A stretch of 64,000 nt of DNA from Eledone cirrhosa. Its lineage: Eukaryota. The stretch lies in assembly GCA_964016885.1 (NCBI GenBank), contig OZ024741.1, positions 266,910,001 through 266,974,000 on the forward strand. Direction: 5' to 3'. Under the pieces are notes generated by a model. It did no database searches and was not told where the DNA came from. It was given only the letters and a program-made list of their open reading frames with translations. Numbering within the stretch: the first letter of the stretch is position 1; each line of letters opens with the position of its first letter. This document shows positions 34,507-50,165 of the stretch, in pieces. A program made the translations under genes and the position numbers.

Positions 34507-35975
34507 ATCATCATCATCATCATCATCATCTCATCATCAACGTTTAACGTCCGTGTTCCACGCTTGCATGGGTTTGGACGGGGGTAGTCCCACTTGAGGC
34601 AAGAGTGATTGTCTTGCTCGCATAGGACTGTCTGGCAGGTTTTCTACAGTTGGATGCCCTTCCTAACACCAACCACATTTACAGTGTGGGTCTGGGAGGT
34701 TTTTACCGTGTTGCCTACACGGCCACATTACAGCGTGGACTGTGTGTTTTTTTGTCGTGACACCTACACGATCTCATTTGTTTCGGCCTATGGCGCGGCA
34801 CAAACATAACTTTACATAGAACGGGGTGGTGTGGATGGGGTGGGGGTGGTGGTGGTGGGACGGGGTGTATTTTGTTAGAGATGCCTACTGGTTGGAGTAG
34901 GTTTTACTATATATTTAGGTAAGGCGGGTCTTCTCTGTTACTGAGTACCGTCAAAGGTCAAAGGTCTCGGTCCAGTGACATTGTCTTGGAGAGGTGTAAG
35001 TGTGTGATGTCGGAGTTTATCAGCTCGTCCCAGGTTTTTCTAGGTCTGCCTATTCTGTGACTATTCTTTATTGCCCTGCACTTTGTTATACAGCTATCGA
35101 CTTTCATGCGCATCACGTGTCCATACCAACGTAGCCTTCTCTCGAGTAAACAACATCTGATCCCTCTTATCTCTAATTTTTTCCTTAGTCTGTTTATGCT
35201 TTGCCGTTCACATATATTACTGTTACACATCCAGCGGAGCATGCAAGCTTCGTTCCTCTCTAGTCTGCGTATATCCTCTGCACACAATGCCCAGGTCTCA
35301 CTGCCATGCAGCATTGCTGTTCGTATGCAGGCATCGTACAACCTGCCTTTCATTTTTAGGGAGAACCCTTTAGCAGCTAATAGTGGTATAAGCTCTCTGA
35401 ACTTTTTCCAACCAGTTCTGACTCTAGCTACAGTACTTTCAGAGCACCCTCCCCCACTGCTGATTTTATCGCCCAGGTAACGGAAGCTGTCCACTATTTC
35501 TATAGAACCCTCTGCGCAATTGAAAGAGCTAGTATTTTGTGGGCACTTGCTGCTACTTATTGCACCAGAACACCGGCCACATGTAAAATCTATGTTCTTA
35601 GTTAGCTTACCTGTGATCCCACTACATCTTTTATGCACCCATACTTTGCATTTAGGACATAAAATGGAGTTTCTACCTACGCCTTTCCTACACACCGAGC
35701 ACGACCATTTCCCAGAAGGGACCGCCGCCTTGTTTTCTTTCCTACAAACTAGAACTTTGGTCTTAGCCAGGTTAATTTTAAGTCCTTTTGACTCTAGGCC
35801 GTGCTTCCATGTTTGGAATTTCTTCTCTAGCTCGGCCATTGATTCCGCTATGAGTGTCAGGTCGTCTGCGTATAGGAGTTCCCATGGGCAGCCTGTCTTG
35901 AACTCCTCTGTTATAGCCTGAAGGGCAATAATAAATAGTAGGGGGCTGAGAACAGAGCCCTGATGGACGCCAACT
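34507..35975 (-). mobile_element. 5'-truncated RTE LINE, subfamily C
   Basis: ORF 34958..35839 plus upstream [13 protein letters not shown] and YADD. Distinct 3' UTR. Confidence 0.93.
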
Positions 35976-36463
35976 TTTATATATATATTTATTCATATAT
36001 ATATTTATATTTATATATATATATTTATATTTATATATATATATATATTTATTTATATATATATTTATATTTATATATATATATTTATTTATATATATAT
36101 TTATATTTATATATATATATTTATTTATATATATTTATATTTATATATTTATTTATATATATTTATATTTATATATTTATTTATATATATTTATATATAT
36201 ATATTTATATATATATATTTATTTATATATATTTATATATATATATTTATTTATATATAGTATTAATTATACTATTTATGGTTATGCAAATACAAAAACC
36301 TTTTGTAGTTATATATATTTTTATAAACCTTAAATAGTGGTAGGCAGTAATATATTACTACCTTATTACCAGTAAGTTAAATAGCTCAATGTAATAACAC
36401 CAGATGATTTACAGAGCAGTTATATGAATTATAAGAATCAAAGAGCTGTTCAAAACATTTTTA

Positions 36464-36510
36464 TGCTTACAACTGTTTCCTCCAAAGCGAGGTTTGGATT
36501 CTTCGGAGCA
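36464..36510 (-). ncRNA. Type I hammerhead-like fold, variant core CCGAAGA
   Basis: UGCU-CCGAAGA-AUCCAAACCUCGCUUUGGAG-GAA-ACAGUUGU-A-AGCA. Homologous copy at 45858-45904(+). Confidence 0.6.
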
Positions 36511-37590
36511 ATTTATTATTGAATGAACACTTATATGACCTCCTTTTCACCCAAGAGACATACAGATACATAGGCAAATATTGTGGGTCAACATTCATTA
36601 CAGCATTTAGTGTGGCAGTACACATTTAGAGATTACATTCATATTAAAAGATACAATAAAAAATACAGGTTAAAATACAACATGAAATTAAGCGGTTATA
36701 GAGTGCAATGGTTATATGTGTGGCAAGCACGTGCGTCTTATTTATATAGTGTGGCAGAGAGTTACGTGTAATAGAAGCACTTAAGCAGGTAATCAAGAGT
36801 GTTAAGAGGGTTGATCTGGTAATGAATTCTTTATATGATTGTTATGGCCTGTGTGTGGAGAAATAATATAAGTATTAAAAATAGTCTAAGCATTAAAAAT
36901 ATTGTAAATGCGTAGCGAAGCGATGAAATGGATTTCATGCACTGCGACATTTTCATAGTCTGGGGAGCGTATTTTTCAGATTATATGCCCCTCACATAAT
37001 GCACGATGATTCGATATTGGGCGTTTGACAATCCAGTTAGAGAATCGTAGTCTGATGTTCTTTAGCTCAATACAGGAGGATGTTACGTTGCGAGAATCGA
37101 CATCGAAATATTACCCGGAAGTGTGTGTGTGTGGCTAAGGGGAGTTAATGCATGAGGGGAGGTAACTCAGTAGTTTCTATTACTAACTATTAAAATGTGT
37201 CTCAAAATAGTCCCTAACTTATATGGTTATGCGCAGTATCTAAAGGAAATTCATATTTATATATACAAATTAATATATGATAAACACTAATACAAGTATA
37301 TAAGTGTTTGTATTACAAATGACCAAGTTAGCTAGATTGAAAAATACTAATTAAATTAATACAGTTTGCCTGTCTCGATTTAAAATAATAAATCAATAAA
37401 AACAAACCCATATTGGCAATAGCCGTGATACCTGGACAAATTTAAATTTCAAAACTCAAATCTGTTTCGCAACAATAAGTGTATTAGTGTTTATCATATT
37501 TTAATTTGTATTTCACGGCTCAGAAATATCTCTTTCTTTGAGCTATTTAATTGTAAAAGACTGTTTGAGTTTATAACTCTATATATAGTA

Positions 37591-37635
<45 letters not shown>

Positions 37636-38439
37636 ATAAATTATCGAAAATCGCATTTCGGCCCACAAAATAATGAAAAACAACCTCCGAGGTGTGTGGC
37701 AAGTGCTCAGTGATTCAGATGAACCAGAGCTATAACAAACGTTAAAGGCCAATCACACTGAGACGATCGTTAAACAATCATTCGCATAGCCAAAAAAACG
37801 ATCAAGTAATTCGGGTCAAACAAATAAAAATATCTGTGATTGAAAATTTAACCGGACCCCTGGAAGGTTGGTAAAATCCAGCATTTGGGTTTCTGCGGCT
37901 CCTAAATCAAGTACTGTCTGCTTACATAAATAATGTAAGGCTTCTGGTAAGATGATTGAACAAGGAAGCCACTTTCTCAACAGTTTTTAGTTCAATGTTA
38001 ATACAAGGACTGACTATTGCTGACGTGGGGATCGGCAAGGGAGGCAACCTCTATATCAGGCGAATGAATTCAGTTGTGTATATTTTTGCAAGAATGCAAA
38101 AACATCACAAATCGAATAGAGTTCTCAACAGAAGGGTTAAAAATAACATAAACTATTCATCAGTCAATAGAATCAACTAAAAAATCAAGAAAATTAACTG
38201 GTCAATAGCTAGAATCTGGAGATTAATATTTATATATGTAATATATATATATTAATTTATATATATATATATTTATATATATTATATATATATTTAGTAA
38301 TTTATATATATATTAATTTATATTTATATATATAAATTTATATTTATATATATATATTTTAATTTATATTTATATATATATTAATTTATATTTATATATA
38401 TATATATATAATATATATATATTAATTTATATATATAAT

Positions 38440-38779
38440 ATCATCATCATCATTTCATTTTACGTCCGCTTTTACCCTGCTTGCAAGGGTAGAACGGGAA
38501 CTGATGCTGGCTTGATTTCTACAGCTGGATGCCCTTCCTAACACCAATCTCATTTACAGTGAGTGCTGGGTGCTTTTTTGCCGTGGCACCTGCACGACCA
38601 CTTTACAGTGGAATGATAAGGACCTCAATCCCTATCATCTCATTTCTACAGCTGAGTAAACTGGAGCAATGTGAAATAGTGTCTTGCTCAAGGAAACAAC
38701 GCATCACCAGGTCTGAGAATTGAACTCACAACCTTTCGATTGGAAGGCCAATGCTCTAACCACTAAACCATGTGCCTCC
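38440..38779 (-). mobile_element. Full-length tRNA-SINE with RTE-derived tail
   Basis: Reverse complement of 41196-41541. Confidence 0.9.
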
Positions 38780-39901
38780 ATTATATATATATTAATTTAT
38801 ATTTATATATTATTATACTTTGAGAGGGTCATGTTGCCAATAAGATTTCAGATAAAGAATCTTGTTAAACAAATTCAGAAACGAAATATATTTATATATA
38901 TATATAATATATGTGCCTCCAATATATATATATTAATTTATATTTATATATATATATAATATATATATATATTAATTTATATATATATATATACTTATAT
39001 ATATAATATATATATATTAATTTATATCGGGGTCGATAAAATAAAGTACCAGTAATGCAGTGGGTAATTGCTGGCCTTGTGCTTAAAGTAGAAACAATTA
39101 ATTTATATATATATATTAATTTATATATATATATATATTAATTTATATATATATATATTAATTTATATATATATATTAATTTATATATATATATAATATT
39201 TATATATATATATTAATTTATATATATATAAATTAATATATATATATATATAAATTAATATATATATATATATAAATTAATATATATATATATATAAATT
39301 AATATATATATATAAATTAATTGTTTCTACTTTAAGCACAAGGCCAGCAATTACCCACTGCATTTTGGAAGGATTTTGTTTTTTTTGTTTGAGAATACGA
39401 TAGAATTAAGGAATTGGAGGATAATATATATATTTAAAGGAATTTAGCTGGAAGGTTATGAATGTTTAACAAGCGATTAACAAAAAGCAAAACTGCAAGA
39501 TTTGTTCTGTTCAATACAACAAAAACACCGTATTTAAACTTAAATAAATAACAAAAAAATACAGATTTCGGATTTTGCGAGATTGGATGTTTGGACTATG
39601 TACGAAATTGTGGCGTGGAGTAGATAGGAAAAATGTGAACGTTACGATTACATGGGTACATCGTAGTAGGAATAATTGAAGCAGCAATTGTTTGGCGAAA
39701 GTGAATAAACATGAACGGGAATTTATCTTATATATATATATATGTGTGTGTAGCTAAGAGAGAGAGAGAGAGGGGAAGGGGGAGAGAGAGAGTGGCTGAC
39801 CGCAGCCCCTCGTGAAGAAGATGGTGAAGGGTGAAGGGTGTATATATTTATTTATATAATATTTATATATATATATTTATTTATATATATATATAATTAT
39901 A

Positions 39902-40806
39902 TACAATATTAAATAAATGGAAACTATATTTATAAAACCATATTTATTTCATTATATATATTTCAGGGATATCATATTAACAATATGCTATGCTTTCCTC
40001 AGACAAAATACAATATAAACAGTTTTATAGATAAATAGATTCGACATACCGTAATAACATCGACTTGCATTTGAAGAGGTTGATATGGCAGTGAAAAAAT
40101 TGTACACAGAGAGAAAGAAAGAGAGAAAAAAAGAAAGAAAGACAGAAAACGAAGAAAAGGAAGAAAAAGAAGAAATGCATGGAACAAAATAGAGAGATGG
40201 AAAGATAGATAAAGAGAAGAACTTCATGTAAAGAAACAGAAAGAGATATATATATATATAGAGAGAGAGGAAATAGAGATAGATACATATATATATAGAA
40301 AATTAGGTAGTGGGAGGTCTGTTGAGTAAATGTATCAATGATACATTTATTTATTTATTTATTTATTTAGCTCTAGTATTAATGTAAGGGAGATATATCG
40401 AGAGAGAAAAAATATAGAGAGAGAAAAAAAAAAGATATTTCCTCTCTCTATATATATATATATCTCTTTCTGTTTCTTTACATGAAGTTCTTCTCTTTAT
40501 CTATCTTTCCATCTCTCTATTTTGTTCCATGCATTTCCTCTTTTTCTTCCTTTTCTTCGTTTTCTGTCTTTCTTTCTTTTTTCTCTCTTTCTTTCTCTCT
40601 GTGTACAATTTTTTCACTGCCATATCAACCTCTTCAAATGCAAGTCGATGTTATTACGGTATGTCGAATCTATTTATCTATAAAACTGTTTATATTGTAT
40701 TTTGTCTGAGGAAGGCATAGCATATTGTTAATATGATATCCCTGAAATATATATAATGAAATAAATATGGTTTTATAAATATAGTTTCCATTTATTTAAT
40801 ATTGTA
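39902..40806. mobile_element. Inverted pair of Penelope-like terminal repeats
   Basis: 39902-40274 is the reverse complement of 40437-40806. The same sequence lies at ~56763-57320, downstream of the Penelope ORF ending at 58326. Confidence 0.8.
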
Positions 40807-41195
40807 AATATACTCCAAATATTTGTCGAGTGCTTTTATATCAGTTATAAATATTTACTAGTTGTAACCCAACAATTTTAAATATAACTTTTCATGTATA
40901 TAATTATATATATATAATATTTATATATATTTATTTATATATATATATAATATTTATATATATATATTTATTTATATATATATATAATATTTATATATGT
41001 ATATTTTTATATATATATATATTTATTTATATATATATATAATATATATATTTATATATAAATATTTATTTATATATATAATATTTATATATATAATATT
41101 TATATATATATTTATTTATATATATATATAATATTTATATATATTTATATATATATATAATATTTATATATATATATTTATTTATATATATATAT

Positions 41196-41541
41196 GGAGG
41201 CACATGGCTTAGTGGTTAGAGCATTGGCCTTGCAATCGAAAGGTTGTGAGTTCAATTCTCAGACCGGGTGATGTGTTGTTTCCTTGAGCAAGACACTTTA
41301 TTTCACATTGCTCCAGTTTACTCAGCTGTAGAAATGAGATGATAGGGACTGGGGTCCCTATCATTCCACTGCAAAGTGGTCGTGGAGGTGCCACGGCAAA
41401 AAAGCACCCAGCACTCACTGTAAATGAGGTTGGTGTTAGGAAGGGCATCCAGCTGTAGAAATCAAGCCAGAATCAGTTCCCGTCCCACCCTTGCAAGCAG
41501 GGAAAAGTGGACGTAAAATGAAATGATGATGATGATGATGA
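41196..41541 (+). mobile_element. Full-length tRNA-SINE (tRNA head, CORE/V-like middle, RTE-derived body and tail)
   Basis: A box, B box and ccttgagcaagacacttta core. 3' end cccacccttgcaagcagggaaaag.ggacgtaaaatg(GAT)n matches the LINE end at 31800-31850. Confidence 0.92.
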
Positions 41542-42145
41542 TATTTATTTATATATATATATAATATTTATATATATAATATTTATATATATAATATCTA
41601 TATATATATAGATTTATATATATATATTATATATATATATATCATATTTATATATATATATTTATTTATATACATATATTTATTTATATATATATATTTA
41701 TTTATATATATATATTTATTTATATATATAATTTTTATATATATTTATATATATATATTTATTTATATATATATTTATTTATATATATATTTATTTATAT
41801 ATATATATTTATTTATATATATAATTTTTATATATATTTATATATATATATATATCATTTTTATATATATTTATATATATATATATATTTTTATATATAT
41901 TTATATATATATATATATATATATTTATTTATATTTATATATAATGTATATATATTTATTTATATTTATATTTATATATGATATTTATATATATTTATAT
42001 ATATATATATTTATATATATTTATATATATATATATATATATTTATTTATATATATATATTTATTTATATTTATATATAATGTATATATATTTATTTATA
42101 TTTATATATAATATATATATATTTATTTATATATATATATTTATT

Positions 42146-43326
42146 TCATCATCATCATCATCATCATCATCGTTTAACGTCCATGTTCCACGCTTGCATG
42201 GGTTTGGACGGGAGTTTTCCCACTTGAGGCAAGAGTGGTTCTCTTGCTCGCATAGGACTGTCTAGCGGGTTTTCTACAGCTGGATGCCCTTCCTAACACC
42301 AACCACATTTACAGTGTGGGGCTGGAAGGTTTTTACTGTGTTGCCTACACGGCCACATTAAAGCGTGGACTGTCTGGCGGGTTTTCTACAGCTGGATGCC
42401 CTTCCTAACACCAACCACATTTACAGTGTGGGACTGGGAGGTTTTTACCGTGTTGCCTACACGGCCACATTACAGCGTGGACTGTGTGTTTTTTTTTTGT
42501 CGTGACACCTACACGATCTCATTTGTTTCAGCCTGGATGTTGTGGCACCAACATAACTTTACATTGAAAGGGGCAGTGTGGATGGGGTGGGGGTAGTGGG
42601 ACGGGGGGTGGGGTGTTTTATTAGAGATTCCTACTGACTGTAGTAGGTTTTACTTTGTATTTCAGGTAAGGCGGGTCTTCTCTATTACTGAGTACCGCCA
42701 AAGATCTCGGTCCAGTGACATTGTCTTGGAGAGGTGTAAGTGTGTGAGGTCGGAATTTATCAGGTCGTCCCAGGTTTTTCTGGGTCTGCCTACTCCGTGG
42801 CTACCGTCTATCTTTATTGCCCTGCACTTTTTTATACAGCTGTCGTCTTTCATGCGCATCACGTGACCATACCAACGTAGCCTTCTCTCGACTAAACAAC
42901 ATCTGATCCCTCTTATTTCTAATTTTTCCCTTAGTTCGTTTATGCTTTGCCGTTCGCGTATATTACTATTACACATCCAGCGGAGCATGCAAGCTTCGTT
43001 CCTCTCTAGTCTGCGTATATCCTCTGCACACAATGCCCAGGTCTCACTGCCATGCAACATTGCTGTTCGTATGCAGGCATCATACAGCCTGCCTTTCATT
43101 TTTAGGGAGAACCCTTTAGCGGCTAATAGTGGTATAAGCTCTCTGAACTTTTTCCAACCAGTTCTGACTCTAGCTACAGTACTTTCAGAGCACCCTCCCC
43201 CACTGCTGATTTTGTCACCCAGGTAATGGAAGCTGTCCACTATTTCTATAGAACCCTCTGCGCAATTGAAAGAGCTAGTATTTTGTGGGCACTTGCTGCT
43301 ACTTATTGCACCAGAGCACCGGCCAT
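42146..43326 (-). mobile_element. 5'-truncated RTE subfamily C with duplicated 3' UTR segment
   Basis: ORF 42662..43339. The ggactgtct..cggccacatta block is repeated at ~42255 and ~42367. Confidence 0.92.
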
Positions 43327-43369
43327 GTCCTGCTGCCATGTCCTGCGTCTCCCACAGACCAGTGTCTGT

Positions 43370-43565
43370 CCTTGGGGCATGAACATACGTTAACCTTCGA
43401 TGAAGAACTCAGAGCTGTATGGGAGCATCCCAAAAGTCAGCTCAAAAGTGACACAGAGGAGACTGGGGTTAGCTGGACATGCTCACCGACATCCAGAGTT
43501 GACATTGCACTCAGTGCTCCTTTGGGAGCCCCTACAATGACACACTAGAAGAGGAAGACCAAGGT
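43370..43565 (+). mobile_element. C-terminal fragment of a different non-LTR family
   Basis: One frame reads MKNSELYGSIPKVSSKVTQRRLGLAGHAHRHPELTLHSVLLWEP..RRGRPR, the R-L-x-x-x-G-H...RGRP pattern of RTE-group C-termini. Confidence 0.7.
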
Positions 43566-43909
43566 ATATATATATATATATATATAATATATATATAATA
43601 TATATATATTATATATATATATAATATATATATATATAATTTATATATATATATATATAATATATATAATATATATATATATATATAATATATATATAAT
43701 ATATATAATATATATAATATATATATATAATATATATATATAATATATATATAATATATATATATATATAATATATATATAATATATATATAATATATAT
43801 ATAATATATATATATATAATATATATATATATATATAATATATATATATATATAATATATATATATATATAATATATATAATATATATATATATATAATA
43901 TATATATAT

Positions 43910-43970
<61 letters not shown>

Positions 43971-44228
43971 ATATATATATAATATATATATAATATATAT
44001 GTAATATATATATATATATATATATAATATATATATATATAATATATTACATATATATATATATATATATAATATATATATAATATATATAATATATATA
44101 ATATATATATATATATATATAATATATATAATATATATATATATATATAATGTATATATATATATATAATATATATATATAGATATAATATATATATATA
44201 AATAATATATATATATATATAATATATA

Positions 44229-45337
44229 AAAGATGTAGTGGGATCACAGGTAGGCTAACTAAGAACATAGATTTTACATGTGGCCGGTGCTCTGGTGCAA
44301 TAAGTAGCAGCAAGTGCCCACAAACTACTAGCTCTTTCAATTGCGCAGAGGGTTCTATAGAAATAGTGGACAGCTTCCGTTACCTGGGCGATAAAATCAG
44401 CAGTGGGGGAGGGTGCTCTGAAAGTACTGTAGCTAGAGTCAGAACTGGTTGGAAAAAGTTCAGAGAGCTTATACCACTATTAGCTGCTAAAGGGTTCTCA
44501 CTAAAAATGAAAGGCAGGTTGTACGATGCCTGCATACGAACAGCAATGCTGCATGGCAGTGAGACCTGGGCATTGTGTGCAGAGGATATACGCAGACTAG
44601 AGAGGAACGAAGCTTGCATGCTCCGCTGGATGTGTAACAGTAATATACGTGAACGGCAAAGCATAAACGAACTAAGGAATAAATTAGAGATAAGAGGGAT
44701 CAGATGTTGTTTACTCGAGAGAAGGCTACGTTGGTATGGACACGTGATGCGCATGAAAGTCGATAGCTGTATAACAAAGTGCAGGGCAATAAAGATAGAC
44801 GGTAGTCACGGAATAGGCAGACCTAGAAAAACCTGGGACGAGCTGATAAACTCCGACATCACACACTTACACCTCTCCAAGACAATGTCACTGGACCGAG
44901 ACCTTTGGCGGTACTCAGTAACAGAGAAGACCCGCCTTACCTAAATATATAGTAAAACCTACTCCAGCCAGTAGGCATCTCTAACAAATACACCCCGTCC
45001 CACCACCCCCACCCGATCCACACCACCCCGTTCTATGTAAAGTTATGTTGGTGCCGCGCCATCGAGGCCGAAACAAATGAGATCGTGTAGGTGTCACGAC
45101 AAAAAACACACAGTCCACGCTGTAATGTGGCCGTGTAGGCAACACGGTAAAAACCTCCCAGACCCACACTGTAAATGTGGTTGGTGTTAGGAAGGGCATC
45201 CAACTGTAGAAAACCTGCCAGACAGTCCTATGCGAGCAAGACAATCACTCTTGCCTCAAGTGGGACTACCCCCGTCCAAACCCATGCAAGCGTGGAACAC
45301 GGACGTTAAACGCTGATGATGATGATGATGATGATGA
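44229..45337 (+). mobile_element. 5'-truncated RTE subfamily C
   Basis: ORF 44366..44944. Near reverse complement of 34540-35632. Confidence 0.93.
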
Positions 45338-45388
45338 ATATATATATATATATATAATATATATATATATATAATATATATATATAAT

Positions 45389-45518
<130 letters not shown>

Positions 45519-45524
45519 TATATA

Positions 45525-45604
<80 letters not shown>

Positions 45605-45857
45605 TATATATAATATATATATATATATAATATATATATATATATAATATATATATATATATATGTACATATATATATATATATATATAATATATATATA
45701 TGTACATATAATATATATATATATATATAATATATATATGTACATATAATATATATATATATAATATAGTATTAATTATACTATTTATGGTTATGTAAAT
45801 ACAAAAACCTTATGCAGTTATATGTATTTTTTAATAACTGTCCATTCATTAATAAAT

Positions 45858-45904
45858 TGCTTCGAAGAATCCAAACCTCGGTTTAGAGGAAACAGCTGTA
45901 AGCA
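45858..45904 (+). ncRNA. Type I hammerhead-like fold, degenerate core UCGAAGA
   Basis: UGCU-UCGAAGA-AUCCAAACCUCGGUUUAGAG-GAA-ACAGCUGU-A-AGCA, with a perfectly palindromic stem III. Confidence 0.55.
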
Positions 45905-46069
45905 CAATAATGTTTTGAACAGTTCTTTGATTCTTATATATTTCATATATATAATATATATATGTACATATAATATATATATATATAATATATATATATA
46001 ATATATATATATATATAATATATATATATAATATATATATATATATATTATATATATATTATATATATT

Positions 46070-46860
46070 GAGTGAGATGGAAGCCAGTCAGATTATAGCT
46101 TATGGCTTTCTCTGTTAATGTATTGAATATTATACTCTTGATTTGGCCTGAGATGAATACTTCCAGATACCTTTTAAGCGTAACTTTTCGTATTTATTAT
46201 TACTATAAAATATTGATTGTTATTCTGGTATCATATCTCTGTTTTTAGCCTAAGAAAATACCTGTATGCGTGTATAAATAATACATGCATATATTTATTT
46301 TTTTTTAAATCTAATTGAGTTCTTCACACGCAAAGTTAAAATTGTTGAAAAAATTAATTGAGCCACGTGTATATTATTTTAAATCCTTGTGTTTCGCGAT
46401 TACCTCCCCTTTCTGCTTGAAGACAGTGTGAGACTCCTCATTCTGAGACTGCTGGAATTTCAAATTTGGTGGTCATTCTGATACAGAGAGAGACCATCGC
46501 TGACATGAGATTAAACATCGGTAAGAGAGTTTTTTTTATATCGATGTTTGACGGGCATCCACTGATGATTTAAAAGTGCCCACCTGCATATATTCCTACG
46601 GAATGTGTGAAGGCTTCTACATAACCCGGACACATTCTCCCAACTTGTAGAAAACTTATAATGAAACAATTGTTTGGAAAAGGAGATATATTTTAATTAT
46701 GTCTCATATAAAATAATACAACTGGCCTTCCGCAAAATACATATAGTTAGCACCCCAAACGTAAAATTGGGATTATACTAAGGTATATCCTAATGTTTGT
46801 TTAGTGAGATGGCAGCCAGTCAGAGTATAGCTTAAGGCTTTCTCTGTTAATGTATTGTAT
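46070..46860. repeat. ~790-bp unit with ~55-bp terminal direct repeats, inside (TA)n
   Basis: agtgagatgg.agccagtcaga.tatagctta.ggctttctctgttaatgtattg occurs at ~46071 and ~46803. Confidence 0.75.
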
Positions 46861-46999
46861 ATATATTATATATATATAATATATATATTATATATATATA
46901 TATAATATATATATAATATATATATATATATAATATATATATAATATATATAAAATATTTCGTTTCTGATTGGCAACATGACCTTCCCAAAGTAAAACA

Positions 47000-48715
<1,716 letters not shown>

Positions 48716-49232
48716 GTCATATTTGCGTAATATTGCCAGAATTAATAACAGAACACACTCACTGTTTGGTTGGTTTTCGCTTCTCGCTGTCTTTTATATC
48801 TGCGATCTAACTTACTCGGTCCTCAATGTTGCCATTGACTGACCGACGGTCAAAAATAATACAGATACAATATAGACACAAACACATATATATATATATA
48901 GTTTACATAATTTACATAAATCTTTCGTTGCACATCTGCAACATCGTCAGTGGTGTTATATTCATTGTTCCTCCTGTTGTGTTGTATGTCTACGCCATTT
49001 TTTATTCAGTCTGTCTATATATTTATTTATTTATTTGCTTGTTTGTTTATCTTATTTTATTTTGTCTTCTTTGCGCATGCGTTTGCGTGTGTGTATAGTG
49101 TTGTGTGCTGTGTGACTAGTGTGTATAGTGTTGTGTCTGCTGGGTGACTAGTGTGTGATTATGTGCTAAACTAATTCATCGCCGCTATTATATATATAAT
49201 ATATATATATTATATATATAATATATATATAT

Positions 49233-49263
<31 letters not shown>

Positions 49264-49400
49264 ATATATATATATAGAATATATATATTATATATATAAT
49301 ATATATATAGAATATATATATTATATATATAATATATATATAGAATATATATATTATATATATAATATATATATATAATATATATATATATATATAATAT

Positions 49401-49432
<32 letters not shown>

Positions 49433-49976
49433 GAATATATATTATATATATATATAATATATATATATTATATATATAATATATATATATATATATAATA
49501 TATATATATATATAATATATATATATATATATAATATATATATATATATATAATATATATATATATATATAATATATATATATAGTATATATATATAATA
49601 TATATATATATATAGTATATATATATAATATATATATATATAGTATATATATAATATATATAGTATATATATATATATATATATATAGTATATATATATA
49701 ATATATATATATATATAATATATATAAGTATATATATATAATATATATATATAGTATATATATATAGTATATATATATAATATATATATAGTATATGTAT
49801 ATATATATAATATATATATAATATATATATAGTATATGTATATATATATAATATATATATTATATATATATAGTATATATTTATAATATATATATATATA
49901 GTATATATTTATAATATATATATATATAGTATATATATATAATATATATATATAGTATATATATATAATATATATA

Positions 49977-50020
<44 letters not shown>

Positions 50021-50165
50021 ATATATATATATTACTCTTTTACCTGTTTCAGCCATCCGGCTGAGGCCATGCTGGGGCACCGCCCTTATTATATATATAA
50101 TATATATATATATAAAATATTAAACAAATAATGAATAAACAATTCCTTATATTAAACAAAAAAAG

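Noticed and set aside
36900-37090. Possible decayed GIY-YIG C-terminus on the minus strand (ELKNIRLRFSNWIVKR)
   Set aside because: The resemblance is too weak to call by eye; it needs a profile search.
37700-37780. Possible hammerhead (cagatgaa...agacgatcgttaaa)
   Set aside because: Both core halves are mutated and stems are unconvincing, although it shares the ACGATCGT palindrome with 50166-50320.
41196-41270. tRNA gene (Cys-like GCA loop)
   Set aside because: It is the head of a SINE, continuing into core and RTE tail, with no proper acceptor stem.
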